Shown: positions 25,981 to 40,089, counted from the first letter of the whole stretch. The stretch: DNA of 63,589 bases, filler included, from Perkinsus chesapeaki ATCC PRA-425 (GCA_013115145.1; 11 parts of 11 records of this genome joined end to end with filler, not necessarily neighbours in it), one strand, 5' to 3'. The notes: a model not told the origin generated them from the letters alone. Translations and numbers: made by a program.

Positions 25981-27756
25981 TAGCTGGGATGTGGAAGATG
26001 ATCCGGAGAATCGCCCCGGAGATTCAGGGGTCGTACAATGCACCGATTTTGAAATTCAAAATCGATTCCAGAACTACTTACATGCTCATTGCGATGCTAG
26101 GATCGATTCGGAAGCCCAGAATTTATTTATTAAACATGGGGTCAGCTGAATGAGCGCGTCCGTCGAACCAGTAAAGTTCGCCTCAGTTCCTCAACGTAAT
26201 AAACGCGACTCTGAGGAATATTCCCATAATTGAGAGTTTAAACAATGTTATTCTGGTTCATCCTCACAGATGCTATGCAACGAGTTCCTTTTCTTATCTT
26301 TCAATAGCCATTTCTTAGAGTCTTCTCGTCTTGCGGCGGAGGTGCACTTCTGAGGCTGTCTGCTAATCTCGACCTGATCGGCCACCGCGATGGCACTCGG
26401 TCGTCGTCGTCGTCGTCGCGGTGAGCCTCCAACGGTCGAAGCTGGTCCGTAGAGGAAGCTCGTGTTCGTTGCAAGTATCGTCCTCGTGCGGAGTAAATGC
26501 GAAGAACCGCGAACCCTTTTCTGCGCGATGACGTCGAAGAACTGCCGCAGAGTCATGCGTGGCATATCAGTTAGAGCCAGGAAAGTACCGGCTTCGCATG
26601 GGCAGCGGCTGACCGTCTGTAGATCAGCGAAAAGATTCTGGAGGTCAGCGTTGTCAAGAAATCATTTAGAACCGGTATCATAGTATTTGAAGATTAAGGA
26701 AGTTCTCAGCTGACCAGAAGCCCTATGAACGTTGTGCGGTGTCGTGGCGTGAGTGAGGAGGGCGAGCAGCATGAAGTTGTCGAATGAAATAAATGACTTC
26801 CCGTTATTCATCACTTCGCAGAGGCTGTTCCGCCGATACAAACGCTTATCGCCAAGACAGTTTTCGGCTAGGAATCTGCAAGCCGATTCAGCATTCCCGA
26901 CAGAGACGCTACTTATCGACTTCTCCGCGCTTCATGATGAGGACATCGTGATTCATAGGTGCCACATATTTCTTGAATAGATTTAGCAAAGCGACGTCGT
27001 GGATGCCCTCTGTGAAGCCACACTCTCTCAGAAAGGCCTGAGGGACCGAAGCACTCATTGGCGACCAAGTGAGACCTGAGCTTCGTAAATTCGTGTGAAA
27101 AGTGAGTCGCGTTTAATCTCAAAAAACAGCCGAAGCAGCGAGAACCCATTCAGTATTCTTGCATAAACAAACAATCATGTCTCTTCGTGACGCGAAGCTT
27201 CCGTGATTCAAAAAATAGCTGAGGCCAAGCAGGTTGAATGTGCTGTAGTTCCCCCGTGGGGTAGACCACTACTGAAATCGTTGTCCAGGAACGATCCCAT
27301 CGAAGTCAAAAACTACTTGACTTTGCGCGCTTGCCCCACACAATTGTGATACTTATTCTCTGCTGCTACAATGCCATTCGGGTACGTTGCGTTTGGGTTC
27401 AAAGGAGGCAGAGTTACACCACAACTTTCCTTAGCTTAGCAACTTATGCGTTTCCTATTGAGAAACACGCGCATTGAAGCATGACCAAGGTACTCTACGA
27501 ACTTCCCTACTCTTAAAGCCCGAGGGCCAACGTTCATCCAGCGCGAGCTCTCGACGAGGTATTCGGGATCCCCGAGACTAGAGCACTTGTAGTGATCTCG
27601 TGTCCTTGAAATACAGTCGATTGAGCGGTACTGGGCCACACCCATAAGAGGCTCATTCATGCTGTTCGATGTCGATACAAAGACTAACACAATAATAATC
27701 ACTACAGAAACACACAATATAGAACACCACAGCAGTGGAAAGCTCGCATGAAGTGA

Positions 27757-28264
27757 TCAAGCCAATCGATCCAGAGCGTCCTTCAGACCGTCCGCGTCCG
27801 CACCGTTAACCCTCTCCAACTAGAACATTAAATACTGAACGAGCGGACACTGTGAAGCAACCTCACCTCCTTCCCGCCCTTGAACAGGCAGAAAGTTGGT
27901 ACAGTTTTCACGTGCCATTCTTCCGCCAAGTCTTCATGGGCATCCACATCGATTTTTATAAACGTCACAGCTTCAGCTGTCTCCGCGTACTTCTCAATCT
28001 ACCGAGGGAATCAACATTGCGATGCAGCAAGCCGCTCACTCGTGGTGCAATGCTCCTGCAGGGACTGCACCAATTGGCGGTGAACCACGCAACCTTCAGT
28101 TTCTGAGACGACGTAGACCGCAGTTGTTGCCGCGTCGCTTCCGAGGACATCGCCGAGATCACCTAGCGCAGATCTCCCCTACGCAAGCTGAGGATGCTTA
28201 CCGTAAAATGCCTGGCGCCTGACACTGAAGCTGAAGTAACGCCGGTGCGGAGATGTGACAGCAT
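27757..28264 (-). CDS. Thioredoxin with probable N-terminal (mitochondrial) targeting extension; 4 exons
   Basis: MLSHLRTG...; 'WFTANWCSPCRSIAP'; 'FIKIDVDAHEDLAEEWHVKTVPTFCLFKGGKE'; 'LERVNGADADGLKDALDRLA*'. Confidence 0.9.
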
Positions 28265-28427
28265 GGGAGCTAATGCCTAGGGCGAAAGGTGACTGTTATT
28301 GAACAACTCAGCAACTCGTTGGTGAAGGCAAAGTCGTAAGAGATTGTGAATGATAAGTGTAAAAAGGGACACAAGAACAAATCGGCAGTAGTCCGACTAG
28401 GAATGTGTGGGGCGATCATATACCCCT

Positions 28428-31283
28428 CTATGCCTTATAGCAAGTATCCAGATACCTGTACAACAACAGAAGCAGCAGTACGAAGGTAAATGAACATATC
28501 TGGCGTACTTGGCAACAACAATATCAGCCAGCTCCTTCGGCACTGAAGCAGCTGAGCCGTAAACAGCGGCATTATCACTGTGACCTGAACAAGGGCCGTC
28601 GCATAGGACATGTTCCGAGCCTGCAGTACCGCTCTTGACGCCAGAGTCCAACTTGGCCTTTTCCGCTTCCACACCAGCTTTAATGTCTTTCAACAACTCA
28701 TCCATTTTACCAGAATTCAATCGAGTAACGCATATGTGAATTCCCGAGGGCAATTGGAGCATATTGAGATTCCTAAGAATCCAACATCCTCGACGGAGCA
28801 TCCCTTCCCGTGCTACCAGTGAGTCTTAGTGTTGTCCTTCAGCCACGCGGCAAGGTCGTAGTCGTTGACACCGTTAGTGCAAGTGATGGCCACTACCGAC
28901 ACGCTCGGTCGACCCAGCACCCTCACACCCTCGATCTGTCGAATACCCTTCTCAAGCTTCTTAGCCGCACCAACTGCGACAGGTTACAGCATAACCTTAC
29001 GGCGGAGTTGTCCTACCAATAGACTTGCAAGACTCCCTATAACCATCACGGCCGATGTGCATCAGTGTTGCCCAGGTAGCGGCTACAGCAGCGGCGGGCC
29101 TAAGCGGAGCTTACATCTGGTGGAATCAAGCCAGCAAATGCATCACCTCGACCCACAGATGGTCGGCGTGCCATAGATACCGCCCGGCCATTCACTACAG
29201 GTTGAATACTGGTACTTTCGCATCTCCGTAGAACGGAACATGAGGACGCTAGTGCCCTTCGGGGAGAAACCATACTTGTGAGTATCGCAGGAGATAGAGG
29301 TCACACCAGGCACACGGAAGTCGAACTGAAACGGATATAAGGAGAAGTCCAAGATGGCCGGAATAGTACCTTGGTTGGCATTTGGAAGCCATTCTCCTCC
29401 ATAAAGGGCAGCAAATAGCCACCGAGACAGCCATCGACATGAAGATTGGTTTTATGAGCCATAGCTATCTTGGACAGACCCTCAATGTTATCAACCACAC
29501 CTGAGAACAGGTTGTATAATTCACCACAACAAGGCGAAAAACACATCGTATGAGCTGCACGGCTTTAAGAGTGAGGGTACCTACCGTGGGGGAACTGTGG
29601 ACAGCTGCCAACAATAGCCACAGTGTTCTTGTTCACCAACGATTCCACATGGTTAAGGTCAACGTCCATTACATCCTGAGCAAACTCGTACGTGTGTGAA
29701 TCTACGCCGCATAAGGACGGCAAAGATGCCCCCTCCCCTGGAGAGAAGTTCGGCGACTGGTGTTCGATGGTGCATGCCAGCACGGGCTGCTGAGCTCGCC
29801 CGCATTCACAAGTATCCTTTCAGCCTTCGGAGCTGCCCCTCAGGTAGCCATTCAGGCAGATTCTAACGCCTCGAAATTTCGACAAAGTGGAATCCGAGTT
29901 CTAACGTCGAATATTATCCGTAGTCATTCTATCTCGTTCCCATACAAGATGAGACTCAACGTCGGAACTTCCTCTACAACACGTAAAATATCGGAACTCC
30001 GTGGTAAACCGTTGAACAGGAAAGGAAGTTGAAAGTTGCGATATGACACATATAACAAACTACAAAGTCAGCGATACTACAACTCACTGATTAGTAGTAA
30101 TACCCATCACCAACAGATCTATCTCCTATGTCCCTCTTAGTACCTCAGTAAGCTTAGCAATCCTCACATCAACTCCGAAGAATTGTCCGGCTTTTATGAA
30201 AGCCGCATGTGCACTGTGCGGTATGACGATGTTAGGCTCGGTGATACCTCGTTCAGCTCTGAAGGAGCAACTGTTTACAGTTTCATCGGCCAGGCTGCCC
30301 CTACCTCCCCCAGTCTCTGTAGGTCTTAATGGCCAATAGGATAGATTCAGTCCCACCGCTGGTGACAGAACCACAAGCTCCATCCTCGGGCTTACCATTG
30401 AACAGGTCCAGAGTCATGGCGATGACCTAGTCAAGAGTTGAAACATATACCGACATCTCCTCCCAAGGATACCTCAGCCTCCATTTGACGAGTCTTGGTG
30501 AATACATCAGCGTGGAGTAGGTTACTCAGCACGAACATTCCCATAACCTGTAGAATGGTAAGGTGAACGAATCAACCTCGAGAGAATCTTACTTTGCCCT
30601 GCATATCATAAAGCTCTTCACCACCATGGTACACACAACCACTCTGACTACCATTTTTCCAGTGCTGATGTTCCTTTTCAGCACAACCTTGCATATAGGG
30701 AAGCAGCTCACTAGAAGGTTTACCGTCTGATAGATTGGAGAGTACGGTATCCAAAATGAGAAGCGCCTTACCCTTTGGTAGGGAGGTCGTCCTCTGATCA
30801 ACATCCTTAAGTATCATTTCATCCAAACCTGATGTGGCCTTATCCAACTCAGAATCTATCTTCTCTCGAACTTGAGGGATTTTTCGGGCCTACAAATTCG
30901 ACACTAAGGCCAAAGCATCTCCCTCTTTAGGGCTTCCGCGATCCATCCTGCTCTACCAATCTGGTCCTGCACCAAGATGCGAGCTCACTCCAACGTCCCC
31001 AATCTACTGATTTATAGAACCCGTATCGAGTCGCCAAAAGTGCCAGAACCATGTTCGAGTCCTATCTTACCTGGTTTAACGCGAAACGTTTAAGAGGTAT
31101 TTCAACTCCATTATGGAGGCCATAGCGCTTCAAATGCTTCCAAGCCTTATAGGCGAAGTACAATACGAACCAGGTCAGAGTTGAAACAACAACGGTATCG
31201 AACCTGTCCTTGCGACGAAGCCTATCATTCACCACAAGCCGTAGACTAGCCCATAGGCTACTTAACAGAGGGATCGATGGCAT
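28428..31283 (-). CDS. SGPL1: Sphingosine-1-phosphate lyase (PLP-dependent), multi-exon
   Basis: 'SGCVYHGG', '[20 protein letters not shown]', '[17 protein letters not shown]', 'LHVDGCLGG', '[14 protein letters not shown]' (PLP lysine), '[15 protein letters not shown]'; N-terminal hydrophobic anchor. Confidence 0.93.
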
Positions 31284-32055
31284 TACTATTAAAAGTGGAA
31301 GGGCTCTAAAGTAGATGATATGCGAAGCATTCTCTGCATTATGCTTTACGAGGGTCCTTTCATAATACTGTCTGGAATACTGCCTTAGTTTATAAGTTTC
31401 AGAACTCATCGAATTTAAAGTTGACCTCCTATTTTACCTCTCTGCTAGCCATTACCGCCTTCGGGGACGCGCAGGAATCTTTTCATCCGGCTACAGACCT
31501 TGAAACGTCATTCACGCTAAAGAAGTTACTGGTTTAAAGGAGCTTTCTTGAGACTCGTACGCACAAATTTTGGGGCCGGTTGAAGCATGATCTGGCCATT
31601 TCGCCTGTGAGAAGGCTTCCTTACAAAATCTTGTGGGTCCCAATATCGAGACGGCGCACAATATGTTTGCACGCATGCACAAGCCATTCGATCAAAATTA
31701 CCTTTCCATCCTCTCCTTCTCTTTTCTATCATGGTGAACTACTTGACCTATCTACTTGAGCTGCTTTATCTTTAATCTGTTGGGTGAATCTGGGTGAGCT
31801 CTGACTCTAGAACTTCGGTGTATTATTCATATCAGTATCCTTTCGGACGAAGGAGTAATAGTCTGGTGGCTATATAAGTTACATTGTTAAGATGTTCCGT
31901 TCATTCTCTTGACGCAACTCGTTGATGGATGCAGGCATAATGAATGAGTGAGTAGNNNNNNNNNNNNNNNNNNNNNNNNNNNNNNNNNNNNNNNNNNNNT
32001 TAATTAATTAANNNNNNNNNNNNNNNNNNNNNNNNNNNNNNNNNNNNNNNNNNNN

Positions 32056-33931
32056 AATGCTTATAGGCGGCGATACTGTAAATCCCTCTGGCATCTTCAT
32101 TAGATAACTCATTCCTAACCGACTCCTCAACCAGGTCTGGACGGTCACCTTTTCTAAGACAGAAGATATAAGAAGTACCATGAATAGAAGGTTTAGTAAC
32201 CCGAACAACAGTATAACCACATCTCTTAGCCAAGACTGTCATAGACTTGGTTGAAAAGAATGATTGATGTTCATGATAAATAGTATCAAATTCGCCATTA
32301 GCGACAATATCAGCTTGACTTGTTTGAATATAAAGCCTCGAATCTTCGTTCATAACTTCCGAGCAAGCTTCTAAGAACTCAGTTGGTTTAGCAACATGGG
32401 CAAAGACGTTCTGAGCGGTAACAGCATTAACAATACCAATCTGTTGAGCAACAGAAGGCGTCCAATAGTCACATATTGCGCGATGTCCTTTATTTATGGT
32501 AACTTCACTCATTAGATTTACTGCAGGATCGACACCAACAGTCTTCCATCCAATCTGTTTGAAATAATCAAGTAATGTACCATCATTACAACCGATATCA
32601 AGGACAACACCATCAGACTTTCCAACATCCTTAGTGACCATATTAGCAAACCAGGCCGAGTACTTAGCAAGAGTAGTAGAAGTACCGGAGACGTAGACGT
32701 AATCACGAAATAGGATATCAGGGTTGACGATATGAGCAAGTTGAAGATGCCAACAATGTTGACATATTTTAACCTCAAGGGGGAAGCTTCCAATGTCTCG
32801 AGTATTAAGAGGATGGAAGCTATTAGCAGGAGGTTGATTACCCAAATCGAGAGCCATTGTGAGATCGTTTGCACCACAGCAACGACACTCAGTCACTTCG
32901 GTACTCTCAAATGTCTTGGCCTCTCTTATTTGACTGTAACGATCGACGAGCCGCGGAGATGCTATAATAATATCATTCCAGTTATCATTAATCTCCTTAC
33001 AGATGCTTTGTGCAGTACCAACAAACTTAAAGGAAGGAATGGCTTTGAGGAACTTATCGGTTGATACACAAAAGTCATAAGTGGTCTTGGTGAACTTCTC
33101 GTTACCTTGCGCACCGGGAACCAATTGTTCTCGAACTAGAGGGACACCAAAGAAATCGGATACTTCCTTGCCAAACTCATAGACAGTATGTTGGACACTT
33201 GCGAGGTTATATAAACCAGGTTGGGGACGATGTTCAATTATGGCATCAACAGCTCGGCAGAGATCTTCAAGAGCTAGAACTGGTCTATGAACATGTTCCA
33301 CAAATATCCCAACTTTTTCATTGGTGAGAGCCGAATATGCCATAGCATTAACCATCACATCACTACGAAGATTCAAAGACCATCCACATACAGTTCCAAA
33401 CCGCATACCATAGACCTTTTCAGCGCCACCGTTCTCGGCAATGTAGTGCTCGGCCATCAGATCCATCGACTTCTTCGAAATGTCATAATAGTTGTGGCCC
33501 TTGTATTCGCTGTACTCCTCATCAACCATACCAGTGGTATCACCATATACACTGGAGCTACTAGCATAGATCAAGACTTGGCCTTTGGGCCTCCTAGTAG
33601 CCAGAAACCGAGACAGGTTCCCCACCGTATTAGCCATGGTGGCCCCGACGCTCGTACAGGACCGCACAGAGGGCATACCTGCCACCATAATAACCACATC
33701 CTTGTCCTTCACATCAGCCTCGAAATCACATTCCTCTTTACTGGCAAATTTGATCTCATCAATACCAGCAACCTTCAAGGCTACTAGCACTTGAGAGTAG
33801 TCATGGTCAACTGCTGTGACGTGACACCCTCCATGCCGCAAATGTAGCGCTAGTCTGCTGCCCACGAAACCGGCTCCACCGTAGATGATAACTCTTGGTC
33901 TCCTATGAGCTAAAGGCATAGTAGTTATCAT
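32056..33931 (-). CDS. Intronless fusion of NAD-dependent epimerase/dehydratase and SAM-dependent NDP-sugar C-methyltransferase; 3' end cut by gap
   Basis: GGAGFVG, YASSSSVYG, YDISK (YxxxK), RFGTV; then CRCC..LDLGNQPPAN..PLEVKICQHC zinc domain, VLDIGCNDGTLL, NVFAHV and FDTIYHEH. Confidence 0.9.
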
Positions 33932-34587
33932 TGGAAAGAAAAGATAACAACAAGAGCAATAGAAATGCTAAAAACAGCGCTGTTCCGCACCCACCCGACA
34001 GACGAAATAGAGTTTCAGTGCCAGGAATATCTTCGAGGATATAATATATTCCGACGGAAGTCTTCTCACCAAGTAACCGGAACAAAAATGCTAGAAGTGC
34101 AAAAGTCTATTGGCCGCCCAAATGCGTGCATTCCAGCCCTGGCCGCACAACCCTGTTTTAATGGATTTGTACGACAAGTCCTCGATGCCGATCACACAGT
34201 AAACTTGCGAAGCTGTCGTGAGGGCCATCCTCTAACAGTCCGATTGCCTCGGCTGCTTGATGGAACCCTAACCTGGCGGGATGATTATTCCGGGTCCCTT
34301 AGGTACCACACCGCAGCAAATACGATATATGAGACCCAGCCAAGACCATAAGGCCCCTTCGTTGTGTACGAGCTGGTAAATCGTTATCCTTGCTAACTAT
34401 GCATTCATTCGCACACCCCCTTGGTGCATCATCCGACCAGATGGCCTAACCAGTCCCCCAACCCATTGCCCTTGACGAAGCTTCGATCATCCTATGGCTG
34501 GCACTCGAGAATCTTTAACGATCCACATTTCCCATAACCCAACAACAAATAAAATGATAGAAAAAACACACTATAAATATTACTACG

Positions 34588-36737
34588 TCAGGCGAACACA
34601 TCCTCTCTAGCAGCACTACATCCAGCAGCTCCACCCTCTTCCTCTTCGACCTCCTGTGCTGGTGGCTGACTACTAGGCTGGGATTGCTTCGCCTCAGCAA
34701 CTGCCAAGCCATTAAGCAGAACTCCCTTGATGTCATCCAATGCCCCTCGACCAAGCGGTTCATCCATCCTGCCTATACATCTCCCGACCAGGTCTCTACC
34801 GTTACTAGCCTGCACTCCATAATGCAGCAGTACCTCCCCAAAGTTCTCCACATCCACCATGTACCCTCGATCCTCTTGGTTTCGTTCCGGCCAGCCAGCT
34901 CGCTTCCTTTGCTCGTCCATGCATGCCTCAGCGATCGCCCAGAGGAGGATATCTTCCCATATAAGAACTCGGCTCCATATCGGATGATAGTAAAGCTCTT
35001 GCATTAGCATCTGTCGCTTACCGTCCTCCTTCCCCGCAGATACCTTCAAACTAACCCCGGCGATCTGACCAGCAGTCTCGCCGTCCATCTGCTGATCGGC
35101 CAAGTCCAATGCCACACCACAGGCCTTGGCAAGTGCCTTCAGCGATGACATGCCCCCTTCTAGCGACGAATTCTCACGCGCCTTCTCGCGCAGTTTTTCA
35201 CAAAAGTTTAGTCGAACAGCTTGATCCCTCAGCCCAGCCACAAGGGCCTGAGAGGCCTCCTCTCCCTCCTCGACCTTATCCCCTTCCCATATAGTATCCA
35301 GCAACTTGTCACACAATCCAACAGCATCCGTATCAACCTCCTCCTCCTTCTGTGCTCGTTTCTTCCCTGATTCAGCCGGAGCTGCCGCGCTTCCGTTGGG
35401 ATGAAGGCTCCTCTGAAGCCGCTGCCATGGCAACACTTGCACCTTCTCCAGCAGCGTCGCCCTGCCCACGCCGCCCTTGGTCGCCTCGGATCGCTTAGCA
35501 TACCTACTACGCGCGAACTCTGCCGTGTCCTTCTCCGGATCGACACCCTCCACCCCCGGGATAGCCTGGTTCAAATCGTACTCTACGTTCCTTAGCCAGG
35601 CTGCATCATAGACAACTGTCTTTCGCAACGCATCTTTAAAACACCTTTCCCGTTTAACCTCCATGTCCTGCAGTGCGTCCATAATGACATCCATATGCGC
35701 CACAAATCTCTGCCGTTCCGCATTAACCTCATGAACTGCCTTCTTGTAGTCCTCCTCGCACCCGGACGCCAGCCTAGCTGCCTCCCCCGCCGCCACAGCC
35801 AGCCTCAATCGACTGCCAGGATCGTTACTACCATCGGCCTCGAGATCGACCATCAGATGATCCGCTCGTTTAGCTGCTTTGTCATACCTCAGCACAATAT
35901 CATCGTGTAGCCGGTACTGCTCGTGAAGGCCAGAGCTCAATTTTAAACCATCCACTCGGATACGTTGGTAGACTTGGCCATGCTGCCTCAGCGTCCCTGT
36001 CAATGGCGGCACGACTTCTCCTGCCAAGTCAGTAGCCAGCTGCTTGGACTGCTCTGCTCTATGCGTTAGAACTCCAAGGTAGCCATCGAACGCCGCCAAT
36101 GCAGTCTCCGATCCGCACGTGTCGGTGATGGCCGAGTCTCGGGCCTTCCTAGCCAGCCGTTCCAGACCCGCCGCGTAGCTTCTTTCAATATTAGCCCTTT
36201 CCTCCAACTAACACCACCATGCTCCCCCACCGATGCCCCCCAGTACTACCAGAATCCGCAGTCTATCACAAAGCCTATGGCTTCGCTCCAATCTCTCACA
36301 GACACCTGGGAAATCGTCGATGAGAAGATCCTTGAAATCTGCACTGGCCGGCAACATCTGCTTCTCCTCAACGCTTCCTATATTGCATTCTGAAAGTTGC
36401 TTTTGAGAGCTCAATGCCGCTCCCGTTACCTTCCGGTGCACGTGAATCAACCTCTTCGGAATCTTTCGCCTCCTGATTATAACCCCCTTCCGCCTCGTCA
36501 CCTGACAGAATCATTTGTCAGGTCGGAGCCACACTATTTGACCAGGCGTAAAAATACGACAGAAATTTCCCAAAATTTTCCGCCAAATTGCGTGTTCTGC
36601 CCACCTGCCGCATCACCTTCCCCAGCTAGGCTTCCCTCGGTGCTAGCCGGTACAGCCGTCGCTGCTGCCTCGGCCAACTCATCAGCCCTTTGGTCCGGAG
36701 ACGCTCCAGGAGGTATGTCATCTGATCTCACTGGCAC
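34588..36737 (-). CDS. F-BAR/FCH domain protein; 5' exons uncertain
   Basis: 'DFKDLLIDDFPGVCERL..RLRIL' spliced to 'LEERANIERSYAAGLERLA', followed by a long helical region. Confidence 0.75.
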
Positions 36738-36972
36738 CTCCGCATCTTCATGTGGGCCGTCTTGTACAGGGCCTGAGAGTCACTGATATCCATCCGGCAG
36801 TATAGATATTACCATCCAATGCAGACGGCTTTCTCCCTTGTAAGTCATTCATAGCAATAACAAAACCTGCGATCGTTGACGAAAAAGGCAAAACAAAAAT
36901 TGCGTTTTGAGCGGAGCGATGCACAACCTCCTACTGCCGTTCAGTAGCAGAGCGGACTGACTGAATACCTCT

Positions 36973-38928
36973 ATGGACTTAGAAATGTCGCTTTGTTTTA
37001 CCAATGAGTGTTTCCTAACCCAAAGCCTCTTTCCTGTCACATCTGGCAATATTGTAAGGGTGGATGGCCGACAACCTACGGACTTTAGGAAGCTAGACAT
37101 CCGACTTGGTCCTGGGATAGGTCAGGCCGAGTGCTCCATCGGTCAGACACGAACGAGAGCTGTTGTTACCGGTAAGATAGTATCTCTCTAGCATCGCTCA
37201 TGAAGATCATAAATGGGTTTTCCATCGGTCTATGTACCAACCTACTTGGCATCTTTCGCTCTGCAAGCTCTGAACGTGTTCTATTGCGTTCCTTCATACC
37301 CCAAGTACCTCGTTTGAGAATTGACTCCAAGAAATACAGCGAGTAGCAGCCGCTCACGCGCAAATGTTTCGGGAGGGTTCGAGAAGTGAGCCTGTATTGT
37401 CGAACGTCATTTAACGACTTCTTGGTTGACTGTCTCCATGAATGTTAACATTGCTCTGTCGATCGGCTCGTACAGAGCGGGCACGAAGCGCACCACGACG
37501 ACAGTCAAGCACTGAATGCTTCAGGTGAGCTCATAAAGCCACCGAGCCACCGGCCGCGAGAAGGTCGATTGAGCATCAATGTAGAGGCCGGTCCGATGGC
37601 AGCCCCCGCAACGCTGCCTAGTGGAGACTCGTCGGGGTTGGTGGGGAGTAGCCAGACTCCGGAAGGAGTATCGCTCTGCAACCAATTAGAAAGGATGTTA
37701 AAAGGATCCAGGTCGAAGCAGGCATTTGATGTGCGAGAAAGACACCTCTCTCTTCTCAGTGCCGTCGACGTGGAGGCACTATGTGTGTCAAGTGGCTTGC
37801 TCGTATGGAATCTGCGGCTCGATGTTCACATTCTAGCCGATTGCGTAGGCATCCTCTCACCATTGATCAGTCCTTCTCACCTCAGGGTAATGTCGGTGAT
37901 GCGGCGGCCATTGCCAGCATCGTAGCCCTCCGACACTACAGGAAGGCAGATGTTGATATAGAGGATGGGGAAGTTATTTACAGGCCTCAAGTGAGGTAGC
38001 TTGGCGATGGCCCTGTTATTGTTAGTAGTAGTCGGATCCAGTGCCAATCTCCGTTCATCACATGCCGATTCCTGTTACATTCGCGATCATCCCATCCGAC
38101 TCTGATATGCCTCCAGTCCTCCTAGCTGACCCCACAAGCCTCGAGGAAGGACTGCATGGGAATCGCGGACAACTAGTGGTAAATAAGGGCTCTCGACGAT
38201 CATTGTGATGGATGCCGCAGCTTGCTATGAACCAATATGGGCAGTTATGCAGCCTACTGAAGTCTGGTGGGGCACCACTTCTTCTAGATCGGGATATTCT
38301 ACCGGCTGTTCGATTGGCAACTCTCAGAGCCAAGACCATTATAGATCTCATCAACAAGAAGGTGCAATCGATCTTGCGACCATCGTGTAAATGTACACTT
38401 CAGCTTTCCGATGATGAATACAAACGTGTAGAGGTTCACAAGGCTGACATCCACCACAAGTACACAACAACAGGCTTGTCGCTCGGCCCATTTTTTCAAA
38501 ATAATGCAAGTGCGCATCACAGGAAGAGGAGTATCGCACATTTCGAAGTCGGTGGTTACGAAGGAGTGGCTAGCAGTTTCGCATGGTATTGATTTGATCA
38601 GATGCTAAAACCAATGGACGGCGTTGAGGAACAAACTGGCATTAACATTGAAGAGGATCCACAATATGATCAGGTGAGACCATGATAATTGTTATTGCGG
38701 TGTGTACGACAACAGTATTGCCAGAGCTACTCTCAAAAGCCTATTCTGGCGCCCCGTACTTATAGCATTTCCAACAAGCCACAAGACTCTCCAGAACTCA
38801 TCCGAGTCGTACCGCCGGCACCGGTTGTAGGACAGCCAGAGGTGGCAAAGTCGGACGATGATGATCTGGACGATCTTTCCGCCGCGGTGCTGGTGAAACC
38901 AAAGAAGAAGCGTCGACCACGAAAGTGA
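36973..38928 (+). CDS. RRP45: Exosome complex RNase PH-like subunit RRP45/EXOSC9, multi-exon
   Basis: 'RVDGRQPTDFRKLDI', 'RPREGRLSINVE', 'LERMLKGSR', 'DVEALCVSSGLLVWNLRLDVHIL', 'GNVGDAAAIASIVALRHYR'; basic C-terminus KPKKKRRPRK*. Confidence 0.9.
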
Positions 38929-39581
38929 GTCCATCGAGTTGATCTTCTTCGACAGGGATTAAGAGGACGTCAAGGAGTAAAGGACGGCGGCGAGTTGTAA
39001 CCGAATTAATTTTCCAACTGTTTATTGGTGTGTTACGTTTCGGAGTAGTATGGCAACCTTTCAAACTCGCGAAGGAGAAGCATAGCATGTGAGCAGAAGC
39101 GAGCTTCTCTTCTAGGCTAGAAGTTGTAGCCTAAATAATGAATTATCATGAATTTGAAATCGAAGGTTCCATACTGACCAGGATGCGGTAACTTCTCGAG
39201 TTGGAGGAATCAACAGTAGGATAACTTGTTCCATATTCGTCCGGATGCGTTAACGAGTGGTCAGTTCGTTGATTTCCCACACTTCCATTGACTGATACAA
39301 CGCGAACGAATACGATGAAGATATTGTGATGCTGGGAATTGGCCAATACTCTCTAATAGGACGAAAACTCTAAGAGCAAGCATCATCCCAAGTAGAGTAA
39401 TGTTGGTCACTGTAATGGGCTAATATAACTGCTAGCCGATAAACGCATAAATGGACTAAGGAGCTTCTGAGTGAGGAGGTCGGACCTGGTGTTGGACACA
39501 CTTGAAGGCTGTCCCAACTGGTTATACTCTGAGCTGGTTACGCTCATACTATGAACCTCATAGTAAGCTTTGGTAGTAGTA

Positions 39582-39989
39582 TTAGCAAGCCCCTTCGGCA
39601 AATATCTTATAATCACCATTCACCTGGCCATACATCATCTTGTGGTCCTTATGGTACACAAAGTAGGCCATACTTTGGTCTTGGAAGGTCACCTTGCAAG
39701 TTGACCTAACCGATTTCACAAACGAAGTATACGCTTTCACCGTCCCCGGAGAATTGGACAGTTGATAGCTGTTAGCTAGTTTCCCGGGCACGAAGACTAA
39801 TGGCCCGACCCTTGGGTACGCTGTGTCACATTGGACGGCTAGAGAAGTAGTTTCCTGAATGGTCACATTCGCCCAATAAACCTCGTAGCAGACATGCTGA
39901 TCCTTATCTCTCCAAGTGAAACCTCTGACTGCGGGGACTGGGAGGTAGGGACGCGCCGGCGGTGTACCTGGCAGACGATGGTGTGCCTA
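39582..39989 (-). CDS. Hypothetical protein fragment, 5'-truncated by gap
   Basis: Open exon VRGFTWRDKDQHVCYEVYWANVTIQ... after a GT-AG intron; no family recognised. Confidence 0.35.
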
Positions 39990-40089
39990 NNNNNNNNNNN
40001 NNNNNNNNNNNNNNNNNNNNNNNNNNNNNNNNNTTAATTAATTAANNNNNNNNNNNNNNNNNNNNNNNNNNNNNNNNNNNNNNNNNNNN

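Noticed and set aside
24133-26149. Two ORFs sharing MSRFYARKMAK...
   Set aside because: They are read-throughs of the two TIRs of the transposon, not duplicated genes.
26248-27717. Possible spliced gene on the - strand
   Set aside because: Could not assemble a convincing frame or assign a family.
29349-29358. GCCATCTTGG spliced-leader-like match
   Set aside because: Inside an S1P lyase intron, not near a start codon; a 10-nt match is compatible with chance.
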